64,000 nt of DNA from Myxococcota bacterium (GCA_036229005.1 JAZAMN010000052.1:224001-288000); one strand, 5' to 3'. Positions 47,727 to 58,174 are shown, counted from the first letter of the stretch. Program-made: numbers and translations. Notes: generated from the letters alone by a model not told the origin.

Positions 47727-48913
47727 TGGGGCCGCTGCTGCTGGCGCTGGCTCCGGTGATCTTCCAGGCGGAGCCGCCGGCGCGGGATTCAGGTGCCCTT
47801 CAGGCCTTGGAAGGACGCCTCGACCAGGCGCCCGTCCCACACTGGCAGCGTCGGCTCCCCGGGGTGCCCATCAGCGCCTTCACCCACACCGAGCGCAGCC
47901 GCCCGGTGAGCGATGGGGACTCCCTCTTTCTGGGGAGCGCGAGCTCCAGTGAGCTGCTGCAGATGAGCCGCACCACCGGAGAGGTCCTGGCCGTCTACCC
48001 GGCGGGAGCGCCCGTCCAATCCGAGGCCATCCTGTTGCCGGACGGCAAGGTGCTGTTCGCGGACACCGGCGGCTACACCTGGTGCTACGAGGTGGGCTCC
48101 GACGAGCCCCTGTGGTCGCACTTTGGCGGCGCCCCGATCGGTAGCGCGCCGACCGTGCAAGGGGCCCAGGTCTTTGTCTCCAATGTGGACGACGTCGTGT
48201 ACGCCCTGAGCGTGCACGATGGCTCGCTGAGCTGGCGCTACGCGCGGCCTGCGGACCCCACCCGCAGCTCGGAACTCACCCTCTACGGGGCTCCTGGTCC
48301 GGCGGTCGCCGGCCGGCTGCTGCTGGCTGGGTTTTCGGACGGCGCCGTCGTGGCGCTGGACATCGAAGACGGTGAGGTCAACTGGGAGCGCCGGGTGGGC
48401 GAGGGGCGCTACCCCGATGTCATCGCGACGCCGCTGGTGGACGAGGGAGATGTGTTCGTGGGCGGCTACTCCGAGCCGCTGGTGAGCTTCGACGCGGCGA
48501 CCCGCAATGTGCGTTGGCGCCTGGACGTCGGCAGCGCCGCGCCGCCGCTGCTGGTGGGGGACATCCTCTACCACGGGGCCACCGACGGGAAGCTGCGACG
48601 CATCGATCGAGCGACCGGTGGGGTGGTCTGGACCTGGGAGTCCGGGACCACGGGCGCGCTGACGCAGCCCCAACTCACGGATGCAGGCCTGTTGGTCGCC
48701 AGCTCGGATGGGAGCCTGTACCTGCTGGAGCCGGAGACAGGCGTCGAGCTTTGGCGCTATGACCCCGGCTACGTCCTCACCGGCATCACGGTGGCGCCGC
48801 TGGTCATCGGCCGTCAGTTGGTGGCGGTGACCAACGCGGGCCGGGTGCTGTCCATGCTCTCCCCGCAGGGGATCAGCCCGACCATGCCTCCGCTGGGTGC
48901 AGGGCGCCTCTGA
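47726..48913 (+). CDS. bamB: BamB-like PQQ-repeat beta-propeller protein
   Basis: Repeats YALSVHDGSLSW, VALDIEDGEVNW, DRATGGVVW; DVIATP; yfgM-bamB synteny. Confidence 0.7.
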   Translation: MGPLLLALAPVIFQAEPPARDSGALQALEGRLDQAPVPHWQRRLPGVPISAFTHTERSRPVSDGDSLFLGSASSSELLQMSRTTGEVLAVYPAGAPVQSEAILLPDGKVLFADTGGYTWCYEVGSDEPLWSHFGGAPIGSAPTVQGAQVFVSNVDDVVYALSVHDGSLSWRYARPADPTRSSELTLYGAPGPAVAGRLLLAGFSDGAVVALDIEDGEVNWERRVGEGRYPDVIATPLVDEGDVFVGGYSEPLVSFDAATRNVRWRLDVGSAAPPLLVGDILYHGATDGKLRRIDRATGGVVWTWESGTTGALTQPQLTDAGLLVASSDGSLYLLEPETGVELWRYDPGYVLTGITVAPLVIGRQLVAVTNAGRVLSMLSPQGISPTMPPLGAGRL

Positions 48914-48961
48914 GCCTCCCGGCGTCTCTTGCGCCTTGGGGGCGCCTGCCGGGCGGCTGAC

Positions 48962-49969
48962 TCAGTCGGTCTCGCGCAGCGGGCCGTCCGGGAGGTCTTC
49001 CCAGCGGACGGTGCCGGGGGAGTAGACGGTGGCCTGGAACTGGCGGTGCACCACGCGCTCGTTGCGGTCCTCGGGGTCCTCGCCTGGGACCCAGGCCTCC
49101 AGGGACTCCTGCAGGGCCTGATCCGGGGCGGTGAGGGGCAGACCGAAGCGGGCCGAGATCCCCTCCATGTCGACGACGTGGTCCTGGCCGTACATCAGGC
49201 TCTGGCGGTCGATCCAGTGCTGCCAGCGGCGCCCGGCGATGCGGGCCACCCGGGAGAGGACCTGGTTGCCGCGGGAGATCCACTGCAGGTCATTGGGCTT
49301 GCCGCCCAGGGAGTAGGCCAGCTCGACCAGCTCCTCCATGCTGAGCTCTTGCGGGCCGCCCAGCTCCAGGATCTGGTCCTTGGCGGCGGGGTGGTCCAGG
49401 GCCGCCAGCGCGAAGAGCGCGGCGTCCTTGCGGGCCATGGGGGTGATGCGGGCCTGGGGCTTCCCGAAGAAGCGGGGGGAGGGGCCCTGCGCGTCGGACT
49501 CCCGCACCATGTCGGCGAACTCTTCGATGAAGGGGGCGCAGCGGAGGATGGTGTGGGAGAGCCCCGAGGCGCGCAGGTGCTCTTCGGCCTGGCGCTGGCT
49601 GTCGAACTGGGGGTTCTCGTAGCCGCGCCCGGCGCCCAGGCAGCTCACCATCACAAAGTGGCTGACCCCGCGGCCGCGGGCGGCCTCGATGAGGTCGATG
49701 CTGCCGCCCAGGGTCACGACGCTGTGGTGGTTGTCGCTGCTCTCGACCTCGAGGCCGGCGGCGTGGATCACGTGGGTCACGCCGCGGGTGGCGCGCCGCA
49801 GGGACTGGGCGTCCCGCAGATCGCCGAAGAAGTAGCTGCAGCCCGTGTCGTTGAGCCAGAAGTACTCCGAGCCCGCACGGACCAGCGCGCGAACGTCCAT
49901 CCTGGCCTGTCGGAGGAGGCGGACGATGCGCCCTCCGAGCCTTCCAGTCGCTCCGGTGACCAGGATCAT
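48962..49969 (-). CDS. Atypical SDR / NmrA-like NAD(P)-binding protein
   Basis: MILVTGATGRLG, VRALVR, GDLRD, LRASGLSHTILR, LELGGP. Confidence 0.88.
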   Translation of the reverse strand: MILVTGATGRLGGRIVRLLRQARMDVRALVRAGSEYFWLNDTGCSYFFGDLRDAQSLRRATRGVTHVIHAAGLEVESSDNHHSVVTLGGSIDLIEAARGRGVSHFVMVSCLGAGRGYENPQFDSQRQAEEHLRASGLSHTILRCAPFIEEFADMVRESDAQGPSPRFFGKPQARITPMARKDAALFALAALDHPAAKDQILELGGPQELSMEELVELAYSLGGKPNDLQWISRGNQVLSRVARIAGRRWQHWIDRQSLMYGQDHVVDMEGISARFGLPLTAPDQALQESLEAWVPGEDPEDRNERVVHRQFQATVYSPGTVRWEDLPDGPLRETD

Positions 49970-50036
49970 GTGCGCCTCCAGCGGTCTCTGGCATGTATCG
50001 TCTCGGGCCGAGGCGACAAGCGCAGAGGAGCGTCAG

Positions 50037-50369
50037 ATGTCAGATGAAAAGCAGGGTCAGGGAGCGGGAGGCCCGGAGGCCGAGCCCCTGGGGCCCTTGG
50101 TGAGTGAAGCCATGATTGAGCTGCTTGGTGGCGTCGCGCGTCGAGGCCGGAGCGAGGTCGGGCGGCTGGCTCGCAGGGGCAAGGAGCGCCTGGAGGCCAA
50201 CCAGGCGCGGAAGGACCTGGACCACCTGTACCAGAAGCTGGGCCGGGAGACGGTTCGGCTGGTGGAGGCTGGAGAGGTGGTGCATCCGGGGCTGGTGGCG
50301 GGCGCAGAGCGGATCGCCCAGCACCAGAAAAAGGCGGCGGCGGCAGAAGCGCAGGAAGAAGGCGGATGA
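50037..50369 (+). CDS. Small hypothetical helical protein
   Basis: GAGGAG SD before ATG; RKDLDHLYQKLG coiled segment. Confidence 0.6.
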   Translation: MSDEKQGQGAGGPEAEPLGPLVSEAMIELLGGVARRGRSEVGRLARRGKERLEANQARKDLDHLYQKLGRETVRLVEAGEVVHPGLVAGAERIAQHQKKAAAAEAQEEGG

Positions 50370-50501
50370 GTGACGGGCGCATCCGGCCCGGGGTCACAAA
50401 AGTGGTCCTTTTTGGGATCGCCGGAGTTGCTTGGGGGAGTGGGCGTCATTAAAAGGCTGGTGCCCGGACGGGGAAACCCGCTCGAACGCTTCCAACACTG
50501 T

Positions 50502-50577
50502 GGGGCTGTAGCTCAGTTGGGAGAGCACTTGAATGGCATTCAAGGGGTCAGGGGTTCAAGTCCCCTCAGCTCCACCA
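50502..50577 (+). tRNA. tRNA-Ala (GGC), CCA encoded
   Basis: GGGGCTGTAGCTCAGTTGGGAGAGC...TGGCA...GGTTCAAGTCCCCTCAGCTCCACCA; G3:U70 pair. Confidence 0.97.
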
Positions 50578-50580
50578 TAG

Positions 50581-50615
50581 AAACCCCGCCGGTAACCCCG
50601 GCGGGGTTTTCTCTT
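50581..50615 (+). terminator. Intrinsic terminator after tRNA-Ala
   Basis: aaaccccgccgg-taacc-ccggcggggtttt then CTCTTT. Confidence 0.85.
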
Positions 50616-50775
50616 TGGGGGCGCAGCTCAGACGCCAGCGCCGCCTGGAGCACGCCGAGGTGACCTCGTCGACGGGTTTACCGGGGAAGGGCTGGAGAAC
50701 ACCCGCGTGTTACGTGGTGAGACCCATAGCTTCGGGGCAAGCCCCCGTTCTCTTTCTTCTCTGGAGTCAGTCTCG

Positions 50776-53700
50776 ATGATGAGTGGAATCGGCCTGTTGG
50801 CCCTGCTGAGCAACCCCGTCCACGCCCAGGGCATGAGCGAGCTCGACGTCACCGCCTACCCCAAGCTCCCCAAGAAGCCGGGCATGGCCATCAACGTGCT
50901 GCCCTACGAGCTGGTCTCGGGCGTCTACCAGTTTCCCACGGGGTTTCGGGTGATGTTCCAGCCGGACAACACGCTCCCCGTGGTCGCGACGACCATGATC
51001 ATCGACCACGGCTCCTCGGACGACCCCCAGGGGATGGAGGGCATGGCGCACCTCTACGAGCACCTGTGGTTCCGCACGGAGCTGATCAACCCGGAAGGGG
51101 AGAGGCTGCCCAAGACCTGGGACCTGCTCAACCATGAGCTGGGCTGCTCCATCAACGCCTACACCCAGTACGACCACACCGGGTACATGACCGTCTGCCC
51201 CGCAGACCACATGGACCTGCTGACCTTCCTGGAGGGCCAGCGCCTGATGAACCCGATGGAGGGCGTCCCCGAGGACACCATCCCCACGGAGATCGAGGTC
51301 GTCCGAAACGAGATCCGCATGCGCTCGGAGAACGGGAACATCCCCTTCTTCACGCTGCTGGCCTACCTCAACAAGCACGTGTACCCCGAGGGCCACCCCT
51401 ACCATCGGCCCATCGCGGGAGACCACACGTCGATCCGCAACATCACCTACCCGGACGTCGTCGAGTGGGTGGAGGGGCACTACAGCGCGGACAAGGCCAC
51501 GCTGATGTTCGTGGGTGACTTCGAAGCCGAGCGGGCCATGGACTACATGATCCGCGCCAACTACCTGCCGCTGATGCACGAGGACCTGGGGCCCGAGCAC
51601 ATCGTCCGCTACCCCCGGCCGGGTCTGGATCACGAGCCGGACGAGGCCAACGGAGACGATTGGTGGCTGGCGGCGATGGACCCCAACAACCCCACCGAGT
51701 TGCTGCTGCCCACCACGGAGCTGCCCGTCCGGGCCGAGGAGTTCGCGGATTTCGAGCCCCGCAGCCTGGGGGAGGTCCCCCACGGTGAGTACGTGGGCGC
51801 GGTCGAGGACACCACGGTGTTGGTGGCTTGGGAGCTTCCGCCCTCGTACCAGGGCAACGACGCCCTGATGAACACCGTCGCCAACATGATGAACTTCCTG
51901 ATCGGCGCGAACGTCGGGAAGGGGCCGGGGCTCGAGGACAACGACCCCAACGTGGGCGAGTTCCAGGGCTGCGCGCCCTTGGCGAACAAGCGGAGCACGG
52001 TGCTGCTCTGCGCGGCCACCCTCAAGGACCCCTGCAAGGATCCCGAGGCCACCGCCGAGCGCATGCTGGACCGCGTCTACCTGCTGACCGACCCCGACTT
52101 TGCCGGCGCCCCGCTGGAGCGGCAGCTCACCCAGGCGCGGATGAACTTCCTCGCGGACATGTTCCGCAACCTGGATCTCTACGCGGTGGTCGGCGGCGGT
52201 CGCGCGACCAACATCGCTGTGCACGCTCACTACACGGGCAGCCCCAACTACTTCTCCGACCAGATGAACGACTTCAACCGGCTGACGGTGGGCAACATCA
52301 CGGAGCTGGCGGGCACCTACATCACCCGGGCCCGCGCGACCTCGCTGGTGGTCCGCCCCCTGGACCGCGAGGACCTGCTGACCGTGTCCATGGACGGCGC
52401 GGATCACTACGGCGACGGCACCGCCAAGGTCGTGAGCTCGCTGGTGGACCCCTCGGAGATCACCCCCGAGCTGATCATGTCCACCTACCGCAAGCCCAAC
52501 CTGGAGAACATGCGGGAGGCCAAGCTCCCCAATGGGATGCGCGTGGTGGTGGTCGAGCACTCCGAGGCGCCGGTCGCCCGGGTGAACCTGCTGGTGCGGG
52601 GTGGTGACGCCACCGACCCCAACAAGGAGCTGTGGATGGCGGCTCAGACGGACAACCTGTACGTCAACCCCATCAACGGCGACAACGGCGGCGCCCTCGA
52701 GGACGCCCTCTCCATCGCGGGCGCCTGGGACACCACCTTCGGCTCCTTCTACCAGGGCGTCGAGCTGACCGCGTCGGCCGGCAACCTGGACGGCATGCTT
52801 TGGCTGATGCGCGACGCGATGGAGAGCCTGAGCGCCGACACCGACAACCGCCGCGACTGGATCCGCGACATGAAGGAGCGCCACCTGGGTGAGCTCCACA
52901 AGCGCGACTACTGGGTGCGTCAGACCCAGCTCCAGCACATCAACCCCGGGCACCCCGCCATCACGCCGATGACCGTGTCCGAGATCAACGCGCTGAACGA
53001 CATCTCCAAGGCCACCATCCAGGCGAGCCTGGACAAGACCTGGCACCCCGAGAACGCCACCCTGCTGATCGTGGGCAACGTCGATGCCGAAGAGACCCTG
53101 GCGCTGACCGCTCAGTACTTTGGTGGGTGGGAAGGCCGCGGCGAGGTCGGCGTGGTGCCCGACTACGTGAAGCCGAACCCCTCCCAGAAGGGCCGGGCCA
53201 TCAAGCTCTTTGACGACCCCGGCAAGACCCAGACCACCGTCACCCTGCAGTGCCAGGTGCCCGACCCGGCGGTCCGCCCGGATCCCCGCTACAGCACCCT
53301 GAGCGCCGTGCTCCGTCAGGAGCTGTTCTCCCGCCTTCGTGAGAACAGCGGTGTCGTGTACTCCCCCGCGGCCTATGTCTCCGCGTCCGAGGAGGTCCCC
53401 CGGGCCATCCTGAGCGCGCAGATCCAGAACCCCGCTGTGGCGTACACCGTCGAGACCTACCTCAAGACGCTGGAGGAGGTCGAGGCCGGGACCTACGACC
53501 CCAACCACATCAAGCGCACCCAGTACACCCAGGCCTGGGCCAGCGTGCTGAACTACCAGTCCATCGCCCAGCTCTCCGGCGTCTACGAGAACGTCATCGG
53601 CCAGGGCTTTGGCTGGGACGTGTGGGACAAGAACGCGGCCGCCTTGGCCGGCTTCGACTCCCAGGGGCTCGCAGACGCCCTGGGTGACTGCTCCGAGAAC

Positions 53701-53937
53701 GCCATCATCACGATGGTCGGGCCGGTCGAGGTCATCAGCCCCGTGCTGGACGAGGCGGAGATGGAGTACGAGGTCGTGGACTGGAAGGCCCTGGGCGACG
53801 CCGCCCACGAGGCCGAGGCTCCCAAGGACTACGCGAAGTACCTCAAGAAGAAGGCCCGCTCCAAGAAGAAGGCTGAGCGCAAGGAGGCCAAGGGGAAGGA
53901 AGTAGAGGAGTGCTACGACCCCACGGTCGAGGGCTGA
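50776..53937 (+). CDS. Secreted M16 (insulinase/pitrilysin) zinc peptidase, two-half form
   Basis: Signal peptide ending VHA; inverted zinc motif AHLYEH, EVVRNEIRMR, HPY..PIAG; second half LPNGMRVVVVE. Confidence 0.88.
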   Translation: MMSGIGLLALLSNPVHAQGMSELDVTAYPKLPKKPGMAINVLPYELVSGVYQFPTGFRVMFQPDNTLPVVATTMIIDHGSSDDPQGMEGMAHLYEHLWFRTELINPEGERLPKTWDLLNHELGCSINAYTQYDHTGYMTVCPADHMDLLTFLEGQRLMNPMEGVPEDTIPTEIEVVRNEIRMRSENGNIPFFTLLAYLNKHVYPEGHPYHRPIAGDHTSIRNITYPDVVEWVEGHYSADKATLMFVGDFEAERAMDYMIRANYLPLMHEDLGPEHIVRYPRPGLDHEPDEANGDDWWLAAMDPNNPTELLLPTTELPVRAEEFADFEPRSLGEVPHGEYVGAVEDTTVLVAWELPPSYQGNDALMNTVANMMNFLIGANVGKGPGLEDNDPNVGEFQGCAPLANKRSTVLLCAATLKDPCKDPEATAERMLDRVYLLTDPDFAGAPLERQLTQARMNFLADMFRNLDLYAVVGGGRATNIAVHAHYTGSPNYFSDQMNDFNRLTVGNITELAGTYITRARATSLVVRPLDREDLLTVSMDGADHYGDGTAKVVSSLVDPSEITPELIMSTYRKPNLENMREAKLPNGMRVVVVEHSEAPVARVNLLVRGGDATDPNKELWMAAQTDNLYVNPINGDNGGALEDALSIAGAWDTTFGSFYQGVELTASAGNLDGMLWLMRDAMESLSADTDNRRDWIRDMKERHLGELHKRDYWVRQTQLQHINPGHPAITPMTVSEINALNDISKATIQASLDKTWHPENATLLIVGNVDAEETLALTAQYFGGWEGRGEVGVVPDYVKPNPSQKGRAIKLFDDPGKTQTTVTLQCQVPDPAVRPDPRYSTLSAVLRQELFSRLRENSGVVYSPAAYVSASEEVPRAILSAQIQNPAVAYTVETYLKTLEEVEAGTYDPNHIKRTQYTQAWASVLNYQSIAQLSGVYENVIGQGFGWDVWDKNAAALAGFDSQGLADALGDCSENAIITMVGPVEVISPVLDEAEMEYEVVDWKALGDAAHEAEAPKDYAKYLKKKARSKKKAERKEAKGKEVEECYDPTVEG

Positions 53938-54068
53938 CCTCTCTGGGCTGGGCTCCGTTCACCACGGGGCTCGGCCTCTGGCCGCAGGCGAGGTCACCGG
54001 TCCCTGGACGGACGCGGAGCTGAACAGCCTGTCCTCGCTGGCGCCTTGGGTTTGACCTTGGTGCGTAC

Positions 54069-54098
54069 AAAAAAGGGCCGCCCCGTGGGGTGGCCCTT
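54069..54098 (-). terminator. Intrinsic terminator of dnaK paralog
   Basis: A6 then gggccgcccc-gt-ggggtggccc on + strand, i.e. hairpin plus U6 on - strand. Confidence 0.8.
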
Positions 54099-54127
54099 GC
54101 TGGCTCTGGCGGTGAACCCGCGCGCGG

Positions 54128-55972
54128 TCAGTGGATCGGCGCGTCTCCGCCCCCAGCCTTGTCCGCGAGGTGCGCGAAGAAGCGCGCGAGGTAGGTGGAG
54201 AGCTCATCGAGGTTGGCCTTGTCCGAGGACTTGATGAGCGCCATGCGCCCCCGCTTGAGGGCCTGCTCGATCTCGAAGATGTCCTTCTTGTGGAGGAAGC
54301 CGCGGTTGTCGCGCAGGAAGCTCTCCAGGGAGGCGAGCTGCTTCTCCACCTGCTCGCGGAGCTGGCGGACTTCGGCGTTGCTCTCCTGGCTGACGGGGCT
54401 GGAGGGGAGTGCGCTTCCGCCCTCGTAGACGTCGGCGGCCTCGTCCCGGAGCTGGTCCAGCTCCACTGGTGTGAGGCCGGTGGGGGACTCGATGGTGATC
54501 TGGTTCGAGACGCCGGAGCGCACGTCCTTGGCCGAGACCTGGACGATGCCGTTGGTGTCGATCGCGAACTTGACCTGAATGCGCGGCTCGCCGCGGGGGG
54601 CGGGCTCGATGCCCTGGAGCTCGAACTCTCCCAGGGACACGTTCTCCAGGGCGCTCTGGGACTCACCCTGGAGGATGTGGATCTTCACGGTCGACTGGTT
54701 GTCGACGACGGTGGAGACGAGCTGGGTCTTCTGGGCAGGGATGGTGGTGTTCTTGGGGATCAGGCGCGCGCAGCGCCGACCTTCGACCTCGAGGCCCAGA
54801 GAGAAGTTGGTGACGTCCAGCAGGGTGACGGCCTTGACGTCGCCTTCGAGGATGCCGGCCTGGATGGCGGCGCCGACGGCGACGACCTCGTCCGGGTTGA
54901 AGGACTTGTTCAGGGGCCGACCAAAGAGCGCCTGGACCATCTCCTGGACCCGGGGGATCCGGCTGGAGCCGCCGACGAGGATGACCTCGTCGATGTCCTG
55001 GGCGGCCAGGCGGCAGTCCTCCAGGGCGCGCTCGCACTCCAGGATGGTCTCGTCGAAGAGGTCCTGCGCCAGACCCTCGAACACGCCGCGGCTCAGGGTG
55101 CACTGGAGATGCTTGGGCCCGGAGGCGTCCGCCACCAGGAAGGGCAGGTGGATGTCGGCCGTCATGGCGCTCGAGAGCTCGAGCTTGGCCCGCTCAGCGG
55201 CGTCCCGCAGGCGCTGGAGGACCACCTTGTCTTCGGAGACGTCGAGCTTGTGCTCCTGGTAGAAGCGGTCCAGGAGCCAGTCCACGACCTTCTGGTCCAC
55301 ATCGGCGCCGCCCAGCGCGTTGTTGCCGCGCGTGGCCCGGACCTCGGCGAGATCCCGGTCGACCTCCAGGATGGAGATGTCGAAGGTGCCACCGCCGAAG
55401 TCGTAGACGGCGATGGTGGAGCTCTTCCGGCGGTTGTGCACGTAGGCCAAGGCCGCGGCAGTGGGCTCGTTGAGGATGCGCAGGACGTCGAGTCCGGCGA
55501 TGGTGCCGGCGTCCTTGGTGGCCTGCCGCTGGCGGTCGGTGAAGTATGCGGGGACGGTGATGACCGCCTCGGTCACGGGCTCGCCCAGGAAGTCCTCGGC
55601 CGAGCGCCGGAGCTTCTGGAGGACCATCGCAGCGACCTCCTGGGGGAGGTAGACCCGCCCACCGATCTCCACGCCGCAGTCACCATTCCGGGTCTCGACG
55701 ACCTTGTATTGGACCAGGTTGAGTTCGTGCTGCGCTTCGGAGAAGCGGCGTCCCATGAAGCGCTTGATGCTGTGCACCGTGGCCTCTGGATTGATGAGCA
55801 GTTGGCGCTTGGCGATGTCGCCTACAAAGCGCTCTCCGCTCTTGGAGATGCCCACCACGCTCGGGGTGATGCGTCCACCCTCTGCGTTGATGATGACCAC
55901 GGGATCCCGCCGGTCCACGTATGCGCAGACCGAGTTGGTGGTCCCGAGATCAATTCCGATGACCTTGCCCAT
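54128..55972 (-). CDS. dnaK: Hsp70/DnaK family chaperone (paralog)
   Basis: [47 protein letters not shown], linker TLLDV. Confidence 0.9.
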   Translation of the reverse strand: MGKVIGIDLGTTNSVCAYVDRRDPVVIINAEGGRITPSVVGISKSGERFVGDIAKRQLLINPEATVHSIKRFMGRRFSEAQHELNLVQYKVVETRNGDCGVEIGGRVYLPQEVAAMVLQKLRRSAEDFLGEPVTEAVITVPAYFTDRQRQATKDAGTIAGLDVLRILNEPTAAALAYVHNRRKSSTIAVYDFGGGTFDISILEVDRDLAEVRATRGNNALGGADVDQKVVDWLLDRFYQEHKLDVSEDKVVLQRLRDAAERAKLELSSAMTADIHLPFLVADASGPKHLQCTLSRGVFEGLAQDLFDETILECERALEDCRLAAQDIDEVILVGGSSRIPRVQEMVQALFGRPLNKSFNPDEVVAVGAAIQAGILEGDVKAVTLLDVTNFSLGLEVEGRRCARLIPKNTTIPAQKTQLVSTVVDNQSTVKIHILQGESQSALENVSLGEFELQGIEPAPRGEPRIQVKFAIDTNGIVQVSAKDVRSGVSNQITIESPTGLTPVELDQLRDEAADVYEGGSALPSSPVSQESNAEVRQLREQVEKQLASLESFLRDNRGFLHKKDIFEIEQALKRGRMALIKSSDKANLDELSTYLARFFAHLADKAGGGDAPIH

Positions 55973-56051
55973 CGATAATCCTCAAGTCCGTCAAGCCTAC
56001 CGCAAGCGCCTGTCACGTGTTGTCTCTGGCCCCCCAAACAGCGGGCTGAGG

Positions 56052-56137
56052 TGCCCGGGGCGGGGCTCGAACCCGCACGCCGAAGCATCGGCTGGGGCTT
56101 TTAAGGCCCCTGTGTCTACCGATTCCACCACCCGGGC
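56052..56137 (-). tRNA. tRNA-Leu (TAA), CCA not encoded
   Basis: Minus strand GCCCGGGTGGTGGAATCGGTAGACAC-AGGGGC CTTAAAA GCCCC, long variable arm, GGTTCGAGCCC...CCCGGGCA. Confidence 0.93.
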
Positions 56138-56173
56138 AGGCAGTGATGACAGAGGAGCGATAGCATGTTGGCG

Positions 56174-56995
56174 ATGCTTCTGTGGCTCTCCCTGCTCGCC
56201 TGCGGTGCGCGGCGTGTCGACGCTCCCGATCCCGACGCCCTTGAAGAGGCGGAGTGGGAAGCCGCTTTCGCCGATCGGGCGAACCTGGAGTCCCTGGAGC
56301 GAGCCATCGCGCTGGCCCAGATTCGGCTCGGTCAGAGGCCCGGTGACCCGGCCGCCCTGGGGTTGCTCTCTCGCGCCTTCAACGCCCGAGCGCTCCATCA
56401 GGAGGTCCCCGCGCAGGCCCTCAGCGACCTTGAGACAGCCCGGAGCTACGGCATCCAGTGCCTGAACCAGAACGCGGGCTTCTCGGGGATGATCGAGCTG
56501 CTGCACGGACGCATCGGGCGCTCGCCGGTCCGCCAACTCGGCGTCAGTGACGCAGCCTGCCTGCAGAGCACGGTCTGGGCCTGGGTGCGCTGGGTGGAGC
56601 TCAGGGGCCCGGCTGGCGATGTGGATCTGGAGCCCATCGGCTACATGGCCGAGAAGCTCGCGGAGCTCGCGCCGCAGACCTGGACTGGGCCCTGGGGGCA
56701 GGCCATGGTCTCGTTGCTGCCTCGGGCGGGTGGGCGAGGGGACGTGACGCAGGCTCAGGTGCTGCTGGATCGGGCGCAGGCTTTGGAGCCGGATCTAGCC
56801 GAGATTGACCTCGACCGCATCCTGCACCTGAGCACGGCGCAGGGGGACTGGGATGGGGTGGAGGTGGACCTGGAGGCCTTCAGCACCACGCACCCCACCT
56901 CTTCAGATGGGCGGTGGCGTCTGGAGAACTCTGCAGCCCGGCATGCAGCCGAGGAGCTGTCGGTGGGCGCGCTGCGCGCGGAGAGCTGGGACTGA
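56174..56995 (+). CDS. TatT-like (TRAP-T component) helical lipoprotein
   Basis: MLLWLSLLAC lipobox; ARSYGIQCL, GGRGDVTQAQVLLDRA, WRLENSAA resemble TatT family. Confidence 0.55.
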   Translation: MLLWLSLLACGARRVDAPDPDALEEAEWEAAFADRANLESLERAIALAQIRLGQRPGDPAALGLLSRAFNARALHQEVPAQALSDLETARSYGIQCLNQNAGFSGMIELLHGRIGRSPVRQLGVSDAACLQSTVWAWVRWVELRGPAGDVDLEPIGYMAEKLAELAPQTWTGPWGQAMVSLLPRAGGRGDVTQAQVLLDRAQALEPDLAEIDLDRILHLSTAQGDWDGVEVDLEAFSTTHPTSSDGRWRLENSAARHAAEELSVGALRAESWD

Positions 56996-57055
56996 GACCC
57001 GGTGTCAGGGTCCGGAGCCGAGGGTGCCCGGAGTCTGGTGATGGGCCCAGAGCAC

Positions 57056-57078
57056 AAAAAGGGTCCCGAGGGACCCTG
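57056..57078 (-). terminator. Intrinsic terminator of rpsU
   Basis: aaaaagggtcc-cgag-ggaccct. Confidence 0.75.
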
Positions 57079-57118
57079 ATTGTTCGGTGCGTCCAGCCGG
57101 ATGCGGCTGGAAGGGCAC

Positions 57119-57331
57119 TCAGCGGCGACGAGCCCGCTTGATGGCGCGGCGTGCTGCCTTGCGGCGACGCTTCTCAGCCAGGCGCTGCTTGAGACGACGC
57201 TGCTCGCCGGGCTTGAGGTACACCTTGTTCTTCTTGATGTCCTTGCGGATACCCTCGCGCTCGACCTTGCGGCGGAAGCGGCGGAGGGCCTTCTCAAAGG
57301 GCTCGTTGTCTCGGACAGTGACCTGGACCAA
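57119..57331 (-). CDS. rpsU: 30S ribosomal protein bS21
   Basis: VTVRDNEPFEKALRRFRRKVEREGI...Y.KP; TTG start after GGAG. Confidence 0.93.
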   Translation of the reverse strand: MVQVTVRDNEPFEKALRRFRRKVEREGIRKDIKKNKVYLKPGEQRRLKQRLAEKRRRKAARRAIKRARRR

Positions 57332-57400
57332 AGTGATCTCCAATCGGAGTAAGGGGTTTGAACCCCAGCGTCTTAGCCAGGGATGGGAGCTTCTGCAAGC

Positions 57401-58174
57401 TCAGAACACGATTCCGACGGCAGCGCCGCCATAGAAGAGGGGGTGCATGCCGCCCTCCAGGCGCAGGCTGGCCTTGTCGTTGAAGTGGAACTTCAGGCCG
57501 AAGTTGAGGTCCCAGTAAGGGACGGCGCCGGGGATTGGCAGGGGGTCCCGGTCGGCCTCGCTGCTGTCGAGGTCGTCGCGGTTCCAGGCGGGCGTGCCGT
57601 CTTCGGTGGGGCCCCAGCGCTGGATCTCGCCGATCGTCATGGCGACGCCGAGGCCACCGCCCACGATGAAGGAGAACCAGGGGGCCAGCCGCAGGTCGTA
57701 GTAGTAGTTGGCGCCCAGGGTGACGAAGCCGAAGTTGGAGCTGGGGGCCAGCCAGTAGCCGTCGTTGTAGTCCGGGTTCGCGCCGGAGGACTCGTCTTCG
57801 CGGTCGTCCCAGTAGCCGTCCTCGATCAGGGGGCCCAGGTAGTCGAAGTAGAAGGACCCCATCGCTCCGCTGCCCATGCCGTTGGAGCGGATCGCGAACT
57901 CCATGCCGGCCGCGTAGGCGCGGACGTCCGGGCGCGCGAGGTGGTTTCCGTTGTTGGCGCTCTCGTTGAAGAAGAAGATGTCCAGGAAGCTGTCGGGCAC
58001 GGACATGTACTTGCCGCGCAGGTTGACCTCCATCAGGTAGGGGCGCTGGGGGGCAGCGCTGACCTCGCCGGTGCCGGCTGCGGGTGCGGCGGTCTCCTGG
58101 GTCAGGTGCGAGACCGGGGCGATGGGGGCTTCGGCCGCCTGCGCGTTGGCGGCGATCAGGAGCAGGGGGAACAT
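57401..58174 (-). CDS. Outer-membrane beta-barrel protein
   Basis: Signal peptide ending AQA; amphipathic strands (FIVGGGLGVA, LNFGLKFHF, LRLEGG); C-terminal Phe. Confidence 0.75.
   Translation of the reverse strand: MFPLLLIAANAQAAEAPIAPVSHLTQETAAPAAGTGEVSAAPQRPYLMEVNLRGKYMSVPDSFLDIFFFNESANNGNHLARPDVRAYAAGMEFAIRSNGMGSGAMGSFYFDYLGPLIEDGYWDDREDESSGANPDYNDGYWLAPSSNFGFVTLGANYYYDLRLAPWFSFIVGGGLGVAMTIGEIQRWGPTEDGTPAWNRDDLDSSEADRDPLPIPGAVPYWDLNFGLKFHFNDKASLRLEGGMHPLFYGGAAVGIVF

Noticed and set aside
50502..56137. Genomic island between tRNA-Ala and tRNA-Leu
   Set aside because: No integrase, no duplicated tRNA 3' end seen, and no obvious compositional shift
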